NCBI GenBank assembly: GCA_963794325.1 | Contig: CAWCDG010000003.1 | Coordinates: 128,001 to 192,000, forward strand | Source of the DNA: an uncultured delta proteobacterium | GTDB taxonomy: Bacteria; Desulfobacterota; Binatia; Binatales; Binataceae | DNA length: 64,000 bases | Direction: 5' to 3' | In this document: positions 37,531-47,458 of the stretch, one piece after another | Numbering within the stretch: position 1 is the first letter of the stretch | How the letters are laid out: every line of letters begins with the position of its first letter | Program-made: the position numbers and the translations under genes | Notes under the pieces: generated by a model | Told to the model about the DNA's origin: nothing | Database searches by the model: none | The model's input: the letters and a program-made list of their open reading frames with translations, nothing else

Positions 37531-38498
37531 CTACACATGTAGCTCTTGCAGAACTACTTCAGCGAGCGCGGCGGCGCGCTCGGGCGTGGTCATGATGGTG
37601 TCGGTTGCGAGCGCGCGCATCCCGAGGCGCTCGATCGGTTCGACGTAGCGGCGGTCGGCGTTGTCGAGAACGAACAGCCCTACGATGTCGCGATAGAGGC
37701 GCGCGACTCCGAGCGGCGAGACTTCCATCCCGAGGCCGCGGAGCATTTTGTCGGCGGGACCTTTGATCGTCTTGCCGCCGACGATCGGGCTGATAGCTGC
37801 GACCCGCGATTTCACTCGGCGGAGCGCGTCGCGCACGCCGGTCAGTTGCAGAGATGGGGCCGAGCGAGACGAATGGGTTCGACGGCGCCAGGATGACTGC
37901 GGCGGATTTGCGAATCGCGTCGAGGACTGCCGGAGTAGGGCGCGCGATTGCCGATTCCACGAAGTTCGATCTTCTCGACAGCGCCGCGTGCACGTCCGCG
38001 CACGAAGTATTCCTGGAACGGTATCGCTCGACGTCCGCGCAGCTTCACGAAGGTTCGCACGCGATCGTCGCTCATCGGGAGGATGCGCGATTTCACTTTG
38101 AATGCGTCCGCGATTTCCGCGGTGATTCGGCTGAGCGACGCGCCCTGACGGATTCGCTCGGTGCGATATAGATGAGTGGCGAGGTCGCGATCGCCAAGAC
38201 CGAACCACGGCTTGCCGTAGAAGCGCTCGAGCGCCGGGAGCAGGTTGAACGTCTCACCGTCGAGGCCCCAGCCTTGCGCGCGATTCACTACGCCCGCGAG
38301 CGTGTAGGTGACGGTGTCGATATCAGGCGAGACGTGCAGCCCGTAAAAGGTTTCGTCGTCGCCGGTGTTGACGACGACGGTCAGCCGCGCGGGATCGATT
38401 CGCCGACCAAGTCCCCGGATGAACTTAGCCGCACCCACTCCCCCCGCTAGCGTGGTTATCTGCCGAGGTGGGAGGGATCGCGATTGGCCGCGCGCCAT
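37531..38498 (-). CDS. cofD: 2-phospho-L-lactate transferase, two apparent frameshifts (near 37950 and 37852)
   Basis: LAGGVGAAKF, VNTGDD, SPDIDTVTY, LGDRD and FQEYFV in one frame; APSNPFVSLGPI in a second; AISPIVGG..IKGPADKM in a third. Confidence 0.9.
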
Positions 38499-39678
38499 TG
38501 GGTGCCTTTTTTCCGTAGAGCTTTTTGTAGAGCGTGGTGCGTTCGACCGCGACGCGGCCCATCTCGCGCGCTTTTTCCTCGAACACATCGACCGGGATGA
38601 ACTCGCCCGAGTCGCCGCCCGCCTGCGCCGTGATGCTTTCCTCCATCAGCGTGCCCGACAGATCGTTGCATCCAGCCTTGAGCGTGAGCGCGGCGAGATC
38701 GATGCCGCACTTCACCCAGGAGGTCTGGATATTGTCGATTTGCCCGCGCAGGAACAGACGCGAGACGGCGTACATCTGGAAATCGAGCTGGCCGCGATCG
38801 ACCGGCGACACCAGGCCTTTGCGGTAGAGCATCGTATTCTGATGGATGAACCGCAGCGGCACGAACTCGGTGAAGCCATGCGTCTGTTTCTGGATCGTGC
38901 GCAGCAAATCGAGATGATTCACGACATGCTGCGGACTCTCGACGTGCCCGTACATCACGGTGGAGGTCGTCGGCACGCCGACTGCGTGTGCGGTGGTGAT
39001 TATCTCGACCCATGCGGCAACGTCGACTTTCTTGTGGCTCAGGATCTCACGCACGCCGTCGTCGAGGATTTCCGCCGCGGTGCCGGGAATCGAGCCGAGG
39101 CCGTGCTCCTTGAGCATCGTGATGTATTCCGGGTAGTCCATCCGCACGCGCTTGGCGCCGTACATTATTTCCATCGGCGAGAACGCGTGGATGTGAATCT
39201 CGGGGAACGCGTGCTTCATCGCGTCGAGCAGGTCGCGATACTTGAACGGTGGCATGTCGGGGTTGATGCCGCCCTGCATGCAGACTTCGGTTGCTCCGCG
39301 CGCGACCGCGTCGGCCACTTTGCGCACGATCGTCTCGTCGGAATGATCGTAGGCGTCGGCCTCCCAGCGCTGACGCTTGAAGCCGCAGAACTGGCATCCC
39401 ACGAAACAGATGTTCGTGAAATTGATATTGCGATTGACGACGTAGGTGACTTCGTTGCCGATGTCCTCGGCGCGCGCGAGGTCGGCGCATTTCACCGTCG
39501 CCCGCAGATCGTCGCCCTCCGACGTGTAGAGCAGCAGCCCTTCCTCGGGCGTCAGCTCTTTTTTCAGGAGTGCATGCTCGAGCGCGGCACGCACCGCGGG
39601 CGACGATAGGCCGAGCAGAGCCTCGACGGGAGTCGCCTCGATTTCATCGACGTAAGTGCGCCAGTACTCCAGGTTCAT
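38425..39678 (-). CDS. cofH: FO synthase subunit 2 (radical SAM)
   Basis: TYVVNRNINFTNICFVGCQFCGF, PGTAAEILDD, NIQTSWVK and GTLMEESI motifs. Confidence 0.93.
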   Translation of the reverse strand: MNLEYWRTYVDEIEATPVEALLGLSSPAVRAALEHALLKKELTPEEGLLLYTSEGDDLRATVKCADLARAEDIGNEVTYVVNRNINFTNICFVGCQFCGFKRQRWEADAYDHSDETIVRKVADAVARGATEVCMQGGINPDMPPFKYRDLLDAMKHAFPEIHIHAFSPMEIMYGAKRVRMDYPEYITMLKEHGLGSIPGTAAEILDDGVREILSHKKVDVAAWVEIITTAHAVGVPTTSTVMYGHVESPQHVVNHLDLLRTIQKQTHGFTEFVPLRFIHQNTMLYRKGLVSPVDRGQLDFQMYAVSRLFLRGQIDNIQTSWVKCGIDLAALTLKAGCNDLSGTLMEESITAQAGGDSGEFIPVDVFEEKAREMGRVAVERTTLYKKLYGKKAPNGARPIAIPPTSADNHASGGSGCG

Positions 39679-40877
39679 GATTGGCCTCCGACAGGTCGAT
39701 CCCATATCGCGCGCACTTTAGTCGCGACCGCCGGGTCGAGCCATTCATCATTGATGTATTCGTTATAAATTGCGAGCCTTTCACCGAGCGTGAAACCAGC
39801 GCGCGCGCATTGATCGCCGAGGCGATCGATATGCGGCCACGGCGCCTCGGGGTTTACGTAATCCTTGCTGAGCGGCGAAATCCCGCCCCAGTCGTTGATT
39901 CCGGCATTCAGGAACAATTCGATTTGTCGCGGCGACAAGTTCGGCGGTGCCTGCACGTTCATCGAGGCGCCGAGCACCAGCCGCGCAGTCGCGATCGCGC
40001 GCGCCATGTCGTAAGCGTCAGGCTCCGGCGCGTCGGCCATCGCGATTTCGGGCTTGGCGCGAAAATTCTGGATGATCACTTCCTGGATATGACCGTGGCG
40101 CTCATGAGTGTCGCGAATCGCGGTGATACTCAGCGCACGCTCGGCCGGGGTCTCGCCGATCCCGAGCAGGATTCCAGTAGTGAACGGAATCCGCAGCGCA
40201 CCCGCGTCGTCGATCATCTTGATACGGAGCGCGGGATCCTTGTCGGGCGCCGCCTGATGCACACCGCCGCGCGCACGCAGCCGTGGCGAGATATTTTCGA
40301 GCATCAGGCCCATGCTGACGTTGAGCGGACGCAGCGCGCGCATCTCGTCGGAGGTCATCAGGCCGGCGTTGGTATGCGGCAGCAATCCTTCGTTGAGTGC
40401 GATCTCGCACGCACGGCCGACGTATTCAATCGTCGTGCGGACGCCGAGGGTCGCCAGCACGTCGCGATATTCCTTGAACGCGACCTCCGGCTTGTCGCCG
40501 AGGCACATCAGCGCTTCTTTGCATCCAAGCTCAGCGCCGCGCCGCGACCAGAGCGCAATCTCGTCGGGCATCATCGTCCACGCGCCTGGGTCGCCGGGAT
40601 CTTTGCGGAACGTGCAGTAGGTGCATCGATCGCGGCATAAATTGGTAATCGGTAAAAAAACTTTGCGCGAGTAGGTAACGTCGCGGCCCTTGCCGCGATC
40701 GCGAAGTTCAGCTGCCGCGGAGAGCATACTGTCGAGGTCGCCGTCGGGGCATTCGATCAACGCGATCGCATCACCATCGCTGAGGCGCGCGCCGGCCAGC
40801 GCGCGATCGAGGATTTCGCGGATCGGCGCGCGTTCTCGCGGCGCGGATGCGAGCGATGAATGAATCGAGGCCATCAA
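39675..40877 (-). CDS. cofG: FO synthase subunit 1 (radical SAM)
   Basis: TYSRKVFLPITNLCRDRCTYC, LPHTNAG, SMGLMLE, QAPPNL, GINDWGGISP and NPEAPWP motifs. Confidence 0.94.
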   Translation of the reverse strand: MMASIHSSLASAPRERAPIREILDRALAGARLSDGDAIALIECPDGDLDSMLSAAAELRDRGKGRDVTYSRKVFLPITNLCRDRCTYCTFRKDPGDPGAWTMMPDEIALWSRRGAELGCKEALMCLGDKPEVAFKEYRDVLATLGVRTTIEYVGRACEIALNEGLLPHTNAGLMTSDEMRALRPLNVSMGLMLENISPRLRARGGVHQAAPDKDPALRIKMIDDAGALRIPFTTGILLGIGETPAERALSITAIRDTHERHGHIQEVIIQNFRAKPEIAMADAPEPDAYDMARAIATARLVLGASMNVQAPPNLSPRQIELFLNAGINDWGGISPLSKDYVNPEAPWPHIDRLGDQCARAGFTLGERLAIYNEYINDEWLDPAVATKVRAIWDRPVGGQS

Positions 40878-40983
40878 TCGCGTTTATAAGCCATCAGGTA
40901 CGGGGAGGCAACCTAGTTGCAAAAGAAAACTGCTCTCGCGAGCGGGCACTGTCCAGATCGCAAATGAAGGTGAGGCGCCTGAT

Positions 40984-41112
40984 TCAGCGCCACCAGTTAT
41001 CGACACCCACTCTGATCGCGTTGCTGAGCCAATAGTAGTTGTTCCACACGTACACCGCGACGAGACCGATCGCGATGAAGAGTACCCACTTCGATGCTAG
41101 TGCCCGGTCCAT
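40984..41112 (-). CDS. Unannotated 42-aa single-TM small protein
   Basis: MDRALASKWVLFIAIGLVAVYVWNNYYWLSNAIRVGVDNWWR*; GGGGGGAG RBS 7 nt before ATG; GC3-rich codons; fills an intergenic gap. Confidence 0.65.
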   Translation of the reverse strand: MDRALASKWVLFIAIGLVAVYVWNNYYWLSNAIRVGVDNWWR

Positions 41113-41237
41113 CGTTTAGCTCCCCCCGACAGCCGTATTGCTTGCCGCATCTTACTCTCCGGTCGTTTGAACCGCGAATTCCGCTAGCGATCTGGTGGGT
41201 GAGATATCACAATCATTTGACCCTGGGAGGACAAATC

Positions 41238-42162
41238 ATGACGCCGACCGCCGACCAACTGGTTCACACTTACTCGATTGTCGCGCGCGATCCCGATACC
41301 GGGCAGCTCGGCGTCGCCGTGCAGTCGCACTACTTCGGCGTTTTCGTCGTCGCGTGGGCAGAAGCTGGTGTAGGCGCAGTCGCGTCGCAGGCGTTCGGCG
41401 ATCCGGCGTACGGGAAGCTCGGACTCGACATGATGCGTGCGGGCAAGAGCGCGCCGGACACGTCTCGCGGGTCTGCTCGCGGCGGATCCGATGAAAGAAG
41501 TGCGGCAAGTCGCGATGGTCGATGCGAAGGGCCAGGCTGCAGCGCATACGGGTTCGACGACGATTCCCGAAGCTGGGCACATCGTGGGCGAAGGATTTTC
41601 CGTGCAGGCCAACATGATGCTCAAGAATACGGTGTGGCCCGCGATGGCCGAGGCGTTCCGTAGCTCGAAAACAGAGTTGGTCGATCGATTTCTCGCGGCG
41701 CTCGACGCGGCCGAGGCTGAAGGCGGTGACATTCGTGGGCGGCAATCGGCGGCGATTCTGATCGTCGAACCAAAGAGCAGTGGCCGTCCGTGGATCGACA
41801 GGATTTTCGATCTTCGGGTTGACGACGCATCGGAGCCGCTGGTTGAGATTCGCCGTCTCGTCGCCGTCCGCCGCGCGTACATTCATATGCGGCTTGGCGA
41901 GGAGGCGGCTCAGCGCAGAGATCTGGAAACGGCCGAGCGCGAATTCACGGCGGCCGAGCGGCTGATCGGTAATAATCCCGAAATGCGCTACTGGCACGGG
42001 ATTGCCTTGCTCGGTCTCGGCAAGATCGACGACGGTCTTGCAATACTCCGCGAAGTCGGAAGCCGCGATCGCAATTGGATCGAGCTGACGCTGCGACTGC
42101 CGGACTTGCTGTTTCGGGGCGATGCGGAATTGAAAGACCGTGTGAGAAAATTGTTGGGTTGA
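41238..42162 (+). CDS. DUF1028 (Ntn-hydrolase-like) protein with C-terminal TPR, frameshift near 41463
   Basis: TYSIVARDPDTGQLGVAVQS in one frame; RQVAMVD, SVQANMM, GGDIRGRQSAA and DLRVDD in the next. Confidence 0.88.
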
Positions 42163-42247
42163 CTGTCGCGATTGCGACAAAAAAAGGTTTTGCCCCGCTT
42201 GGCCACCGGAGTTAGTCTGAACGGGATAGGCGAGACCGGAGTACCAG

Positions 42248-43300
42248 ATGCCCGAAACCAATGTTGCGCGCGGTGTTGCCGAGCCCGCTCCGCGCGTCGA
42301 GTACGAGCTTCAGCTCTATTACTGGATGAAGTTGATTCGCGCGTTCGAGGAGCGCGTGTCGCGATTGCATCGTCAGAACAAAATCCTCGGCGGGGTTTAC
42401 TCCGGCGCCGGCCAGGAGGCGATCGTCACCGGTATCTGCGCACCGCTGCACGACGGCGACTTCACCGCGCCGATCCATCGCGATATGGGCGTGTTCATCA
42501 TGCGCGGCGTCGATCCGGGGCGCCTGATGGCGCAGTTGATGGGCAAGGAAACCGGGCTCTCGCGCGGGAAAGATTCGTTTCTGCACGGTGGCGATTTGGA
42601 ACACGGCGTTTTCGGATCGACCTCGATGCTTGGATCGTCGCTGCCGGTCGCGGTCGGCGCGGCGCTCAAATTCAAAATGAAAAAGAACCCGAACGTCGCG
42701 GTCGCTTTCTTCGGCGAGGGCGCGGCGTCGCGCGGGGACGTTCACGAGGCGATGAACTTCGCGGGCGTTCACAAGCTGCCGGTGGTCTTCGTGTGCGAGA
42801 ACAATCGCTACGCGTATTCGACGCCGCTCGAAAAGCAGATGGCGATCGAGGACGTCGCGGACCGTGCGCAGGCCTACGGCTTCAAGGGTCACGTGTGCTC
42901 GGGCAACGATCTGCTCGCGGTGCTCGAGCTGAGCGAGCGGATGATCGCAAAGACCCGCGCGGGTGAAGGACCGGTGCTGATCGAATGCAAGACCTATCGC
43001 TACCGGGGGCATAGCGAGCACGACGCGGCGCTATACCGAGACAAGGAAGAGCTGATCGAATGGCAGAGCCGCGATCCGATTCCGCGCTTCGAGTACTACC
43101 TCGAAAAGAAAGGGCACGAGATCAAGAGCATCCGCGAACAGATCGACGAGCGGGTGAACAAGACGGTGCAGGCGGCGGTGGATTTTGCCGAAAGCAGCCA
43201 GCTGCCAGAACCTCAAGAAGCACTTGAAGATCTCTACGCGCCGCCGGGCGCTTCGAATTCTCCAAATTCGCCCAACTCCTCCTCCAACGGAAATCGCTGA
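42248..43300 (+). CDS. 2-oxoacid dehydrogenase E1 alpha
   Basis: GQEA, FFGEGAAS..DVHEAMNFA, CENN.YA and YRYRGHSEHD motifs. Confidence 0.94.
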   Translation: MPETNVARGVAEPAPRVEYELQLYYWMKLIRAFEERVSRLHRQNKILGGVYSGAGQEAIVTGICAPLHDGDFTAPIHRDMGVFIMRGVDPGRLMAQLMGKETGLSRGKDSFLHGGDLEHGVFGSTSMLGSSLPVAVGAALKFKMKKNPNVAVAFFGEGAASRGDVHEAMNFAGVHKLPVVFVCENNRYAYSTPLEKQMAIEDVADRAQAYGFKGHVCSGNDLLAVLELSERMIAKTRAGEGPVLIECKTYRYRGHSEHDAALYRDKEELIEWQSRDPIPRFEYYLEKKGHEIKSIREQIDERVNKTVQAAVDFAESSQLPEPQEALEDLYAPPGASNSPNSPNSSSNGNR

Positions 43301-43303
43301 GTC

Positions 43304-44284
43304 ATGGAAGCTACCTACATCAAGGCGATCAACGCGGCGCTGCACGAGGAGATGCGCCGCGACGAAAACGTTTTCGTGATGGGCGAGGACGTCGCGGAGT
43401 TGGGCGGCGCATTCAAGGCGACTGAAGGACTGCTCGACGCGTTCGGCGAGGAACGCGTCATCGACACGCCAATCTCGGAGGCGTTGATCATCGGCGCGGG
43501 AGTTGGCGCGGCGGTGCTCGGGATGCGTCCGGTGGTCGAGATGCAGTTCGCGGATTTTATCTCGTGCGGCTTCGATCAGATCGTCAACACTGCCGCGACG
43601 TTGCGCTACCGTCACGGCGGCAAGGCTGCGTGCCCGCTGGTGATTCGCGCACCGTCGGGCGCGGGCGTTCATGGCGCGTTGTTCCATTCGCAAAATCCCG
43701 AGGCGTGGTTCACGCGGGTGCCGGGGCTCAAGGTTGTAGCGCCGGCGACGCCCTACGATGCGAAAGGACTTTTGAAGAGCGCGATTCGCGACGGCAATCC
43801 GATCGTGTACTTCGAGCACAAGCGACTCTATCGCAGTATCAAGGAGGATCTGCCCGAGGGCGATTTCACAGTGCCAATTGGAGTCGCTGAAATACGCAAG
43901 GAAGGCAGCGACCTCTCGATAATCACGTATGGCGGCACACTCGGGCAGTCGATCGACGCGGCGCGAATCGTCGAGAAGGAAGACGGTCTCTCGGTCGAGG
44001 TGCTCGACTTGCGCACGCTGTTGCCGCTGGATCGCGAAGCGATACTCGCGACTGCGCGCAAGACCGGCAAGATTCTCGTCGTGCACGAGGATCGACTGAC
44101 CGGCGGTATCGGCGGCGAGGTCTCGGCGATCATCATGGAGAACGCCTTCGAGTATCTCGACGGGCCGGTGCGCCGGGTCGCGGCTGCGGATGCGCCCGTC
44201 GCGTTCAGTCCGCCGCTCGAAGATTTCATTTTGCCCAACACCAACAAAATCGTGGAAGCGATTCGCAGCCTGGCGGCGTATTGA
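43304..44284 (+). CDS. 2-oxoacid dehydrogenase E1 beta
   Basis: MGEDV, DTPISE, EMQFADF, HSQNPE and FEHKRLY motifs. Confidence 0.95.
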   Translation: MEATYIKAINAALHEEMRRDENVFVMGEDVAELGGAFKATEGLLDAFGEERVIDTPISEALIIGAGVGAAVLGMRPVVEMQFADFISCGFDQIVNTAATLRYRHGGKAACPLVIRAPSGAGVHGALFHSQNPEAWFTRVPGLKVVAPATPYDAKGLLKSAIRDGNPIVYFEHKRLYRSIKEDLPEGDFTVPIGVAEIRKEGSDLSIITYGGTLGQSIDAARIVEKEDGLSVEVLDLRTLLPLDREAILATARKTGKILVVHEDRLTGGIGGEVSAIIMENAFEYLDGPVRRVAAADAPVAFSPPLEDFILPNTNKIVEAIRSLAAY

Positions 44285-44285
44285 A

Positions 44286-45671
44286 ATGGCGATCGAAGTA
44301 ACGATGCCGCAGATGGGCGAGAGTGTCGTCGAGGGCACGATCGCGAAGTGGCTGGTCAAGGAAGGCGACATCGTCACCGAGGATCAGCCGCTGGTTGAGA
44401 TTTCAACCGACAAGGTGGACACCGAGATTCCGTCGCCGGGCGCGGGACGAATCGCGAAGATCGTCGCGGAAGAAGGGCAGACGTTGCCGGTCGGCGCGAA
44501 GCTCGCGGTGATCGAGCCGGCGGGCGCTGAAGCGTCGGCGAAACTGAAAGTCGTCGCGCCGAAAGCCGCGCCGAAGCCGGAACCCGCTCCAGTACAAGCG
44601 AAGCCCGCGCCCTCGCCACAGCCCGCACCGCCCCCTCAACCGATGCAGTCGGCGAGTGGCGGCGTTCATGAAATTGAATCCGAGACCGGCGGTCCGCGAC
44701 GATTTTCGCCGGTCGTGCTGAAGATCGCGGCGGAAGAGGGAATCGACTTGAGTCGCGTTCCTGGCACCGGAATCGGCGGGCGCGTCAGCAAGCGCGATCT
44801 GCAGCGCTACCTCGATTCGTTGCGCAAGAGCGGAGTCGGCGCTACCGCGCAGCCGCAAACCAATGGCGCCGCGCAGACAAGTTCGCGTCCGGCGACGGCT
44901 ACCTCCGCGTCGCCGCAACCGCCGATGCAATCGGGGCCGGGGTTTAAGCCGCCCGTCTATCAGCCGATCGAGGGCGACGTCGTCGAGCCGTTCACTCGAC
45001 GGCGCAAATTGATCGCCGAGCATATGGTCTATTCGAAGACGCATTCGCCGCATGTTGGCACCGTTGCGGAAGTCGATGTTACGAATGCGATGCGTCTGCG
45101 CGAAAAGCATAAAACTGAGTTCGCGCGGCGCGAGGGATTCAATCTCACGTTCCTGCCGCTCGCGGCAGCGGCAACGGTTCGCGCGCTAAAGGAATTTCCG
45201 CGGATGAACGCGTCGGTGGCCGGCGACTCCGTAGCGATCCGCCGCGAGATAAATCTCGGCATCGCGATGGACACCGACGAAGGTCTGCTGGTCCCTGTAA
45301 TCAAGGCGGCGGAAGGAATGTCGGTGGTCGGGATTGCGCGTGCGATCGAAACTCTGCGGCGCAAGGTCGCCGAGAAGAAAATCACGGCTGATGATCTCAC
45401 CGGCGGCAGCTTCACGCTGTCGAATCCCGGGCGCGAGGGCAATTTGTACGGCTTCGCGATCATCAATCAGCCGCAAGTCGGCATCCTGCGGATGGGCGAA
45501 GTGAAGAAGCGGCCGGTGGTCGTCGAAGTTGACGGCGCCGACGCGATCGCAATCCGCACCATGATGTACCTGGCGCTGTCGTACGACCATCGCGTGGTGG
45601 ACGGCGTGCTGGGCAACAGCTTTCTCTATCGCACCGCTCGCATCCTCGAAGAAGCCGACTTCGAACTCTGA
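44286..45671 (+). CDS. Dihydrolipoamide acyltransferase E2
   Basis: Lipoyl domain EISTDKVDTE, E3-binding GTGIGGRVSKRD and catalytic DHRVVDG. Confidence 0.95.
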   Translation: MAIEVTMPQMGESVVEGTIAKWLVKEGDIVTEDQPLVEISTDKVDTEIPSPGAGRIAKIVAEEGQTLPVGAKLAVIEPAGAEASAKLKVVAPKAAPKPEPAPVQAKPAPSPQPAPPPQPMQSASGGVHEIESETGGPRRFSPVVLKIAAEEGIDLSRVPGTGIGGRVSKRDLQRYLDSLRKSGVGATAQPQTNGAAQTSSRPATATSASPQPPMQSGPGFKPPVYQPIEGDVVEPFTRRRKLIAEHMVYSKTHSPHVGTVAEVDVTNAMRLREKHKTEFARREGFNLTFLPLAAAATVRALKEFPRMNASVAGDSVAIRREINLGIAMDTDEGLLVPVIKAAEGMSVVGIARAIETLRRKVAEKKITADDLTGGSFTLSNPGREGNLYGFAIINQPQVGILRMGEVKKRPVVVEVDGADAIAIRTMMYLALSYDHRVVDGVLGNSFLYRTARILEEADFEL

Positions 45672-45685
45672 TTCGTTTTCTGTTC

Positions 45686-45795
45686 CGTCATCCTGAGCGC
45701 AGCGAAGGATCTCGCGCGTAGCGCGTACTGCAGACGCCGGGCGCAGGAGCGTCCGTCGAGATTCTTCGCTGCGGCAGCCTCCGCTCAGAATGACG
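45686..45795. repeat. REP/MITE-like inverted repeat (GTCATCCTGAGCG..GAAGGATCT / AGATTCTTCGC..CGCTCAGAATGAC)
   Basis: Arms at 45686-45714 and 45757-45795 between convergent genes; shares the (T)CAGRATGAC end with the 11.4-11.6 kb repeats. Confidence 0.8.
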
Positions 45796-45823
45796 AAGTG
45801 GTTCGGTCCCTACGACGAACCGC

Positions 45824-46477
45824 CTACGCTGGGTGCGATCCTTGATGCGTGCGTAACTGTTGCAGCATGTTGGCGATCTGACTGCTTAGGTCGCCGATTG
45901 TGCGGCTGAGCGCAGCAGCGGCCTCGGTGTTGTCGCCGGGTTTCGAGGGCTGGGTCAGGTTCGACTCTACCGTGTACAAAACATTCTTTCCCGTCGAGTC
46001 GAGGATTGTCCATTTTGCCGACAGCGTCGCCGTGCCTTGGGCGTCGGTCTCGAAGCGGAAGACGTCGATTTGCACCTGCATGTCGATGTGCACGGTGTTG
46101 TACCAGGGGAACACGATCACTGCGGCGCCGGATTGGGCGGCGAGGTCGCGCTCCATTGCTCGCGTGAAACCGTTCTGGATCGATTCGCCCCATCGATCTT
46201 CTTTCGACAGCTCGAGACGGTTAGGCGCTGCGCGCGTTACCAGTTCAGGCCGATCAAGGTATGGAGGCAGTTTGATCGGTCCCAAGCCGAGTGTGAAATT
46301 ACCGCTCGTAGTCTGCGCGGTTGCTGGCGCCGCGGTGTCGGCGGTGGGCGTCAGGAGATAGAACTTCGAGATGTCTTTCTGCGGGGCGAGAATCGCCTTC
46401 GCCATGTACGAGCATCCCGTCATCGACGCCGCAATCGCGCCCGCGAGGAAAATTCTAAAAACTCTGGTCAAGGTCAT
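45824..46477 (-). CDS. PqiC-like ABC transport auxiliary lipoprotein
   Basis: Lipobox MTGC, FYLL, GPIKLPPYLDRPELVTR and RWGE motifs. Confidence 0.88.
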   Translation of the reverse strand: MTLTRVFRIFLAGAIAASMTGCSYMAKAILAPQKDISKFYLLTPTADTAAPATAQTTSGNFTLGLGPIKLPPYLDRPELVTRAAPNRLELSKEDRWGESIQNGFTRAMERDLAAQSGAAVIVFPWYNTVHIDMQVQIDVFRFETDAQGTATLSAKWTILDSTGKNVLYTVESNLTQPSKPGDNTEAAAALSRTIGDLSSQIANMLQQLRTHQGSHPA

Positions 46478-46480
46478 CGC

Positions 46481-47458
46481 TTAGTCCTGGCTGAAGTCGC
46501 GGCCGCGGACGATCGCGCTCGGGTTGCGTTGGAGATAATCGGCCAGCTCCTTGATCGAATGGGCGGCGGCGGAGACGTCCTGCAGGGTCTGTACCGCCTG
46601 GTAGTTTATCGGAGAGTTCGGCTCGATCGTGGTCTGCACCGTGCCGAGCGTCAGGGTCGCCTGCTTCGCCGCGGCGTCGGCCGATAGCGAAGTTTTCTGC
46701 AACGAGCTCGACAGCGGAGGCACCTGCCGGTTCACGGTGCTGAGCGTTTCCTGCGCGCCGGCGAGCGTATGGTCCAGTTGCTCACGCGTTTTTTCGGAAT
46801 TGTTCACCGCTTCCTTGAGTCCCGGCGACGAGGTGATTTGCCTGATCGCATCCAGCGTACTCGTCGCCTGATTGAACACGGCGGCGAAGTCCACCTTGTC
46901 GAGACGTTCGAAAATTCGCACAGCAACGGCCTGCGCCTGTTCCAGCGTATTCGGAACTGCCGGAATTTCCTGGAGTGGAGAGCCGGGCGGCGCGACCATT
47001 TGAATCGGCGTGTTCGGCTGAATGTCCAGCGCCACGTACATCAGGCCGGTGACGAAGCTGTCGGAGCCGAGCTGCGCGCGCATCCCCTCGCGGATCAGGT
47101 TGGGAACGGTGTGCGGGTCGTCGAGGTCAATTGAGGTGCCGCCGTGAGAGACGATCTTGTCTTCGTCCAGCTCGATGATCACGGGGATGCGGACGTCGGC
47201 GCGGAGCTGGCCGTTCTGGAAGTTTACCTGCTGCTCGAGGCGCAGCTTGATGCGTTTGACCTGGCCTATCTCGACGCCCTTGAACTTGACCGGGGCGCCG
47301 ACCCTGAGGCCGTTGATATCGCCGGCGAAGTAGATGACGAACTCGTGCGTCTTGCGGAACAGGTTGCCCGATCCGAAGATCACGACTGCGGCCAATATCA
47401 GGCCCACCCCGCCGAGAACGAACGCGCCTACGGTTGCCGGATTGATTCGCTTACCCAT
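46481..47458 (-). CDS. mlaD: MlaD/MCE family protein
   Basis: VGAFVL, GLRVGAPVKFKGVEIGQV, FVTGLMYV and LADYLQRNPSA motifs. Confidence 0.9.
   Translation of the reverse strand: MGKRINPATVGAFVLGGVGLILAAVVIFGSGNLFRKTHEFVIYFAGDINGLRVGAPVKFKGVEIGQVKRIKLRLEQQVNFQNGQLRADVRIPVIIELDEDKIVSHGGTSIDLDDPHTVPNLIREGMRAQLGSDSFVTGLMYVALDIQPNTPIQMVAPPGSPLQEIPAVPNTLEQAQAVAVRIFERLDKVDFAAVFNQATSTLDAIRQITSSPGLKEAVNNSEKTREQLDHTLAGAQETLSTVNRQVPPLSSSLQKTSLSADAAAKQATLTLGTVQTTIEPNSPINYQAVQTLQDVSAAAHSIKELADYLQRNPSAIVRGRDFSQD

Noticed and set aside
42248-45671. Missing E3 as a novelty, and pdh versus bkd naming
   Set aside because: E3 is often encoded elsewhere, and substrate specificity cannot be read from these motifs.
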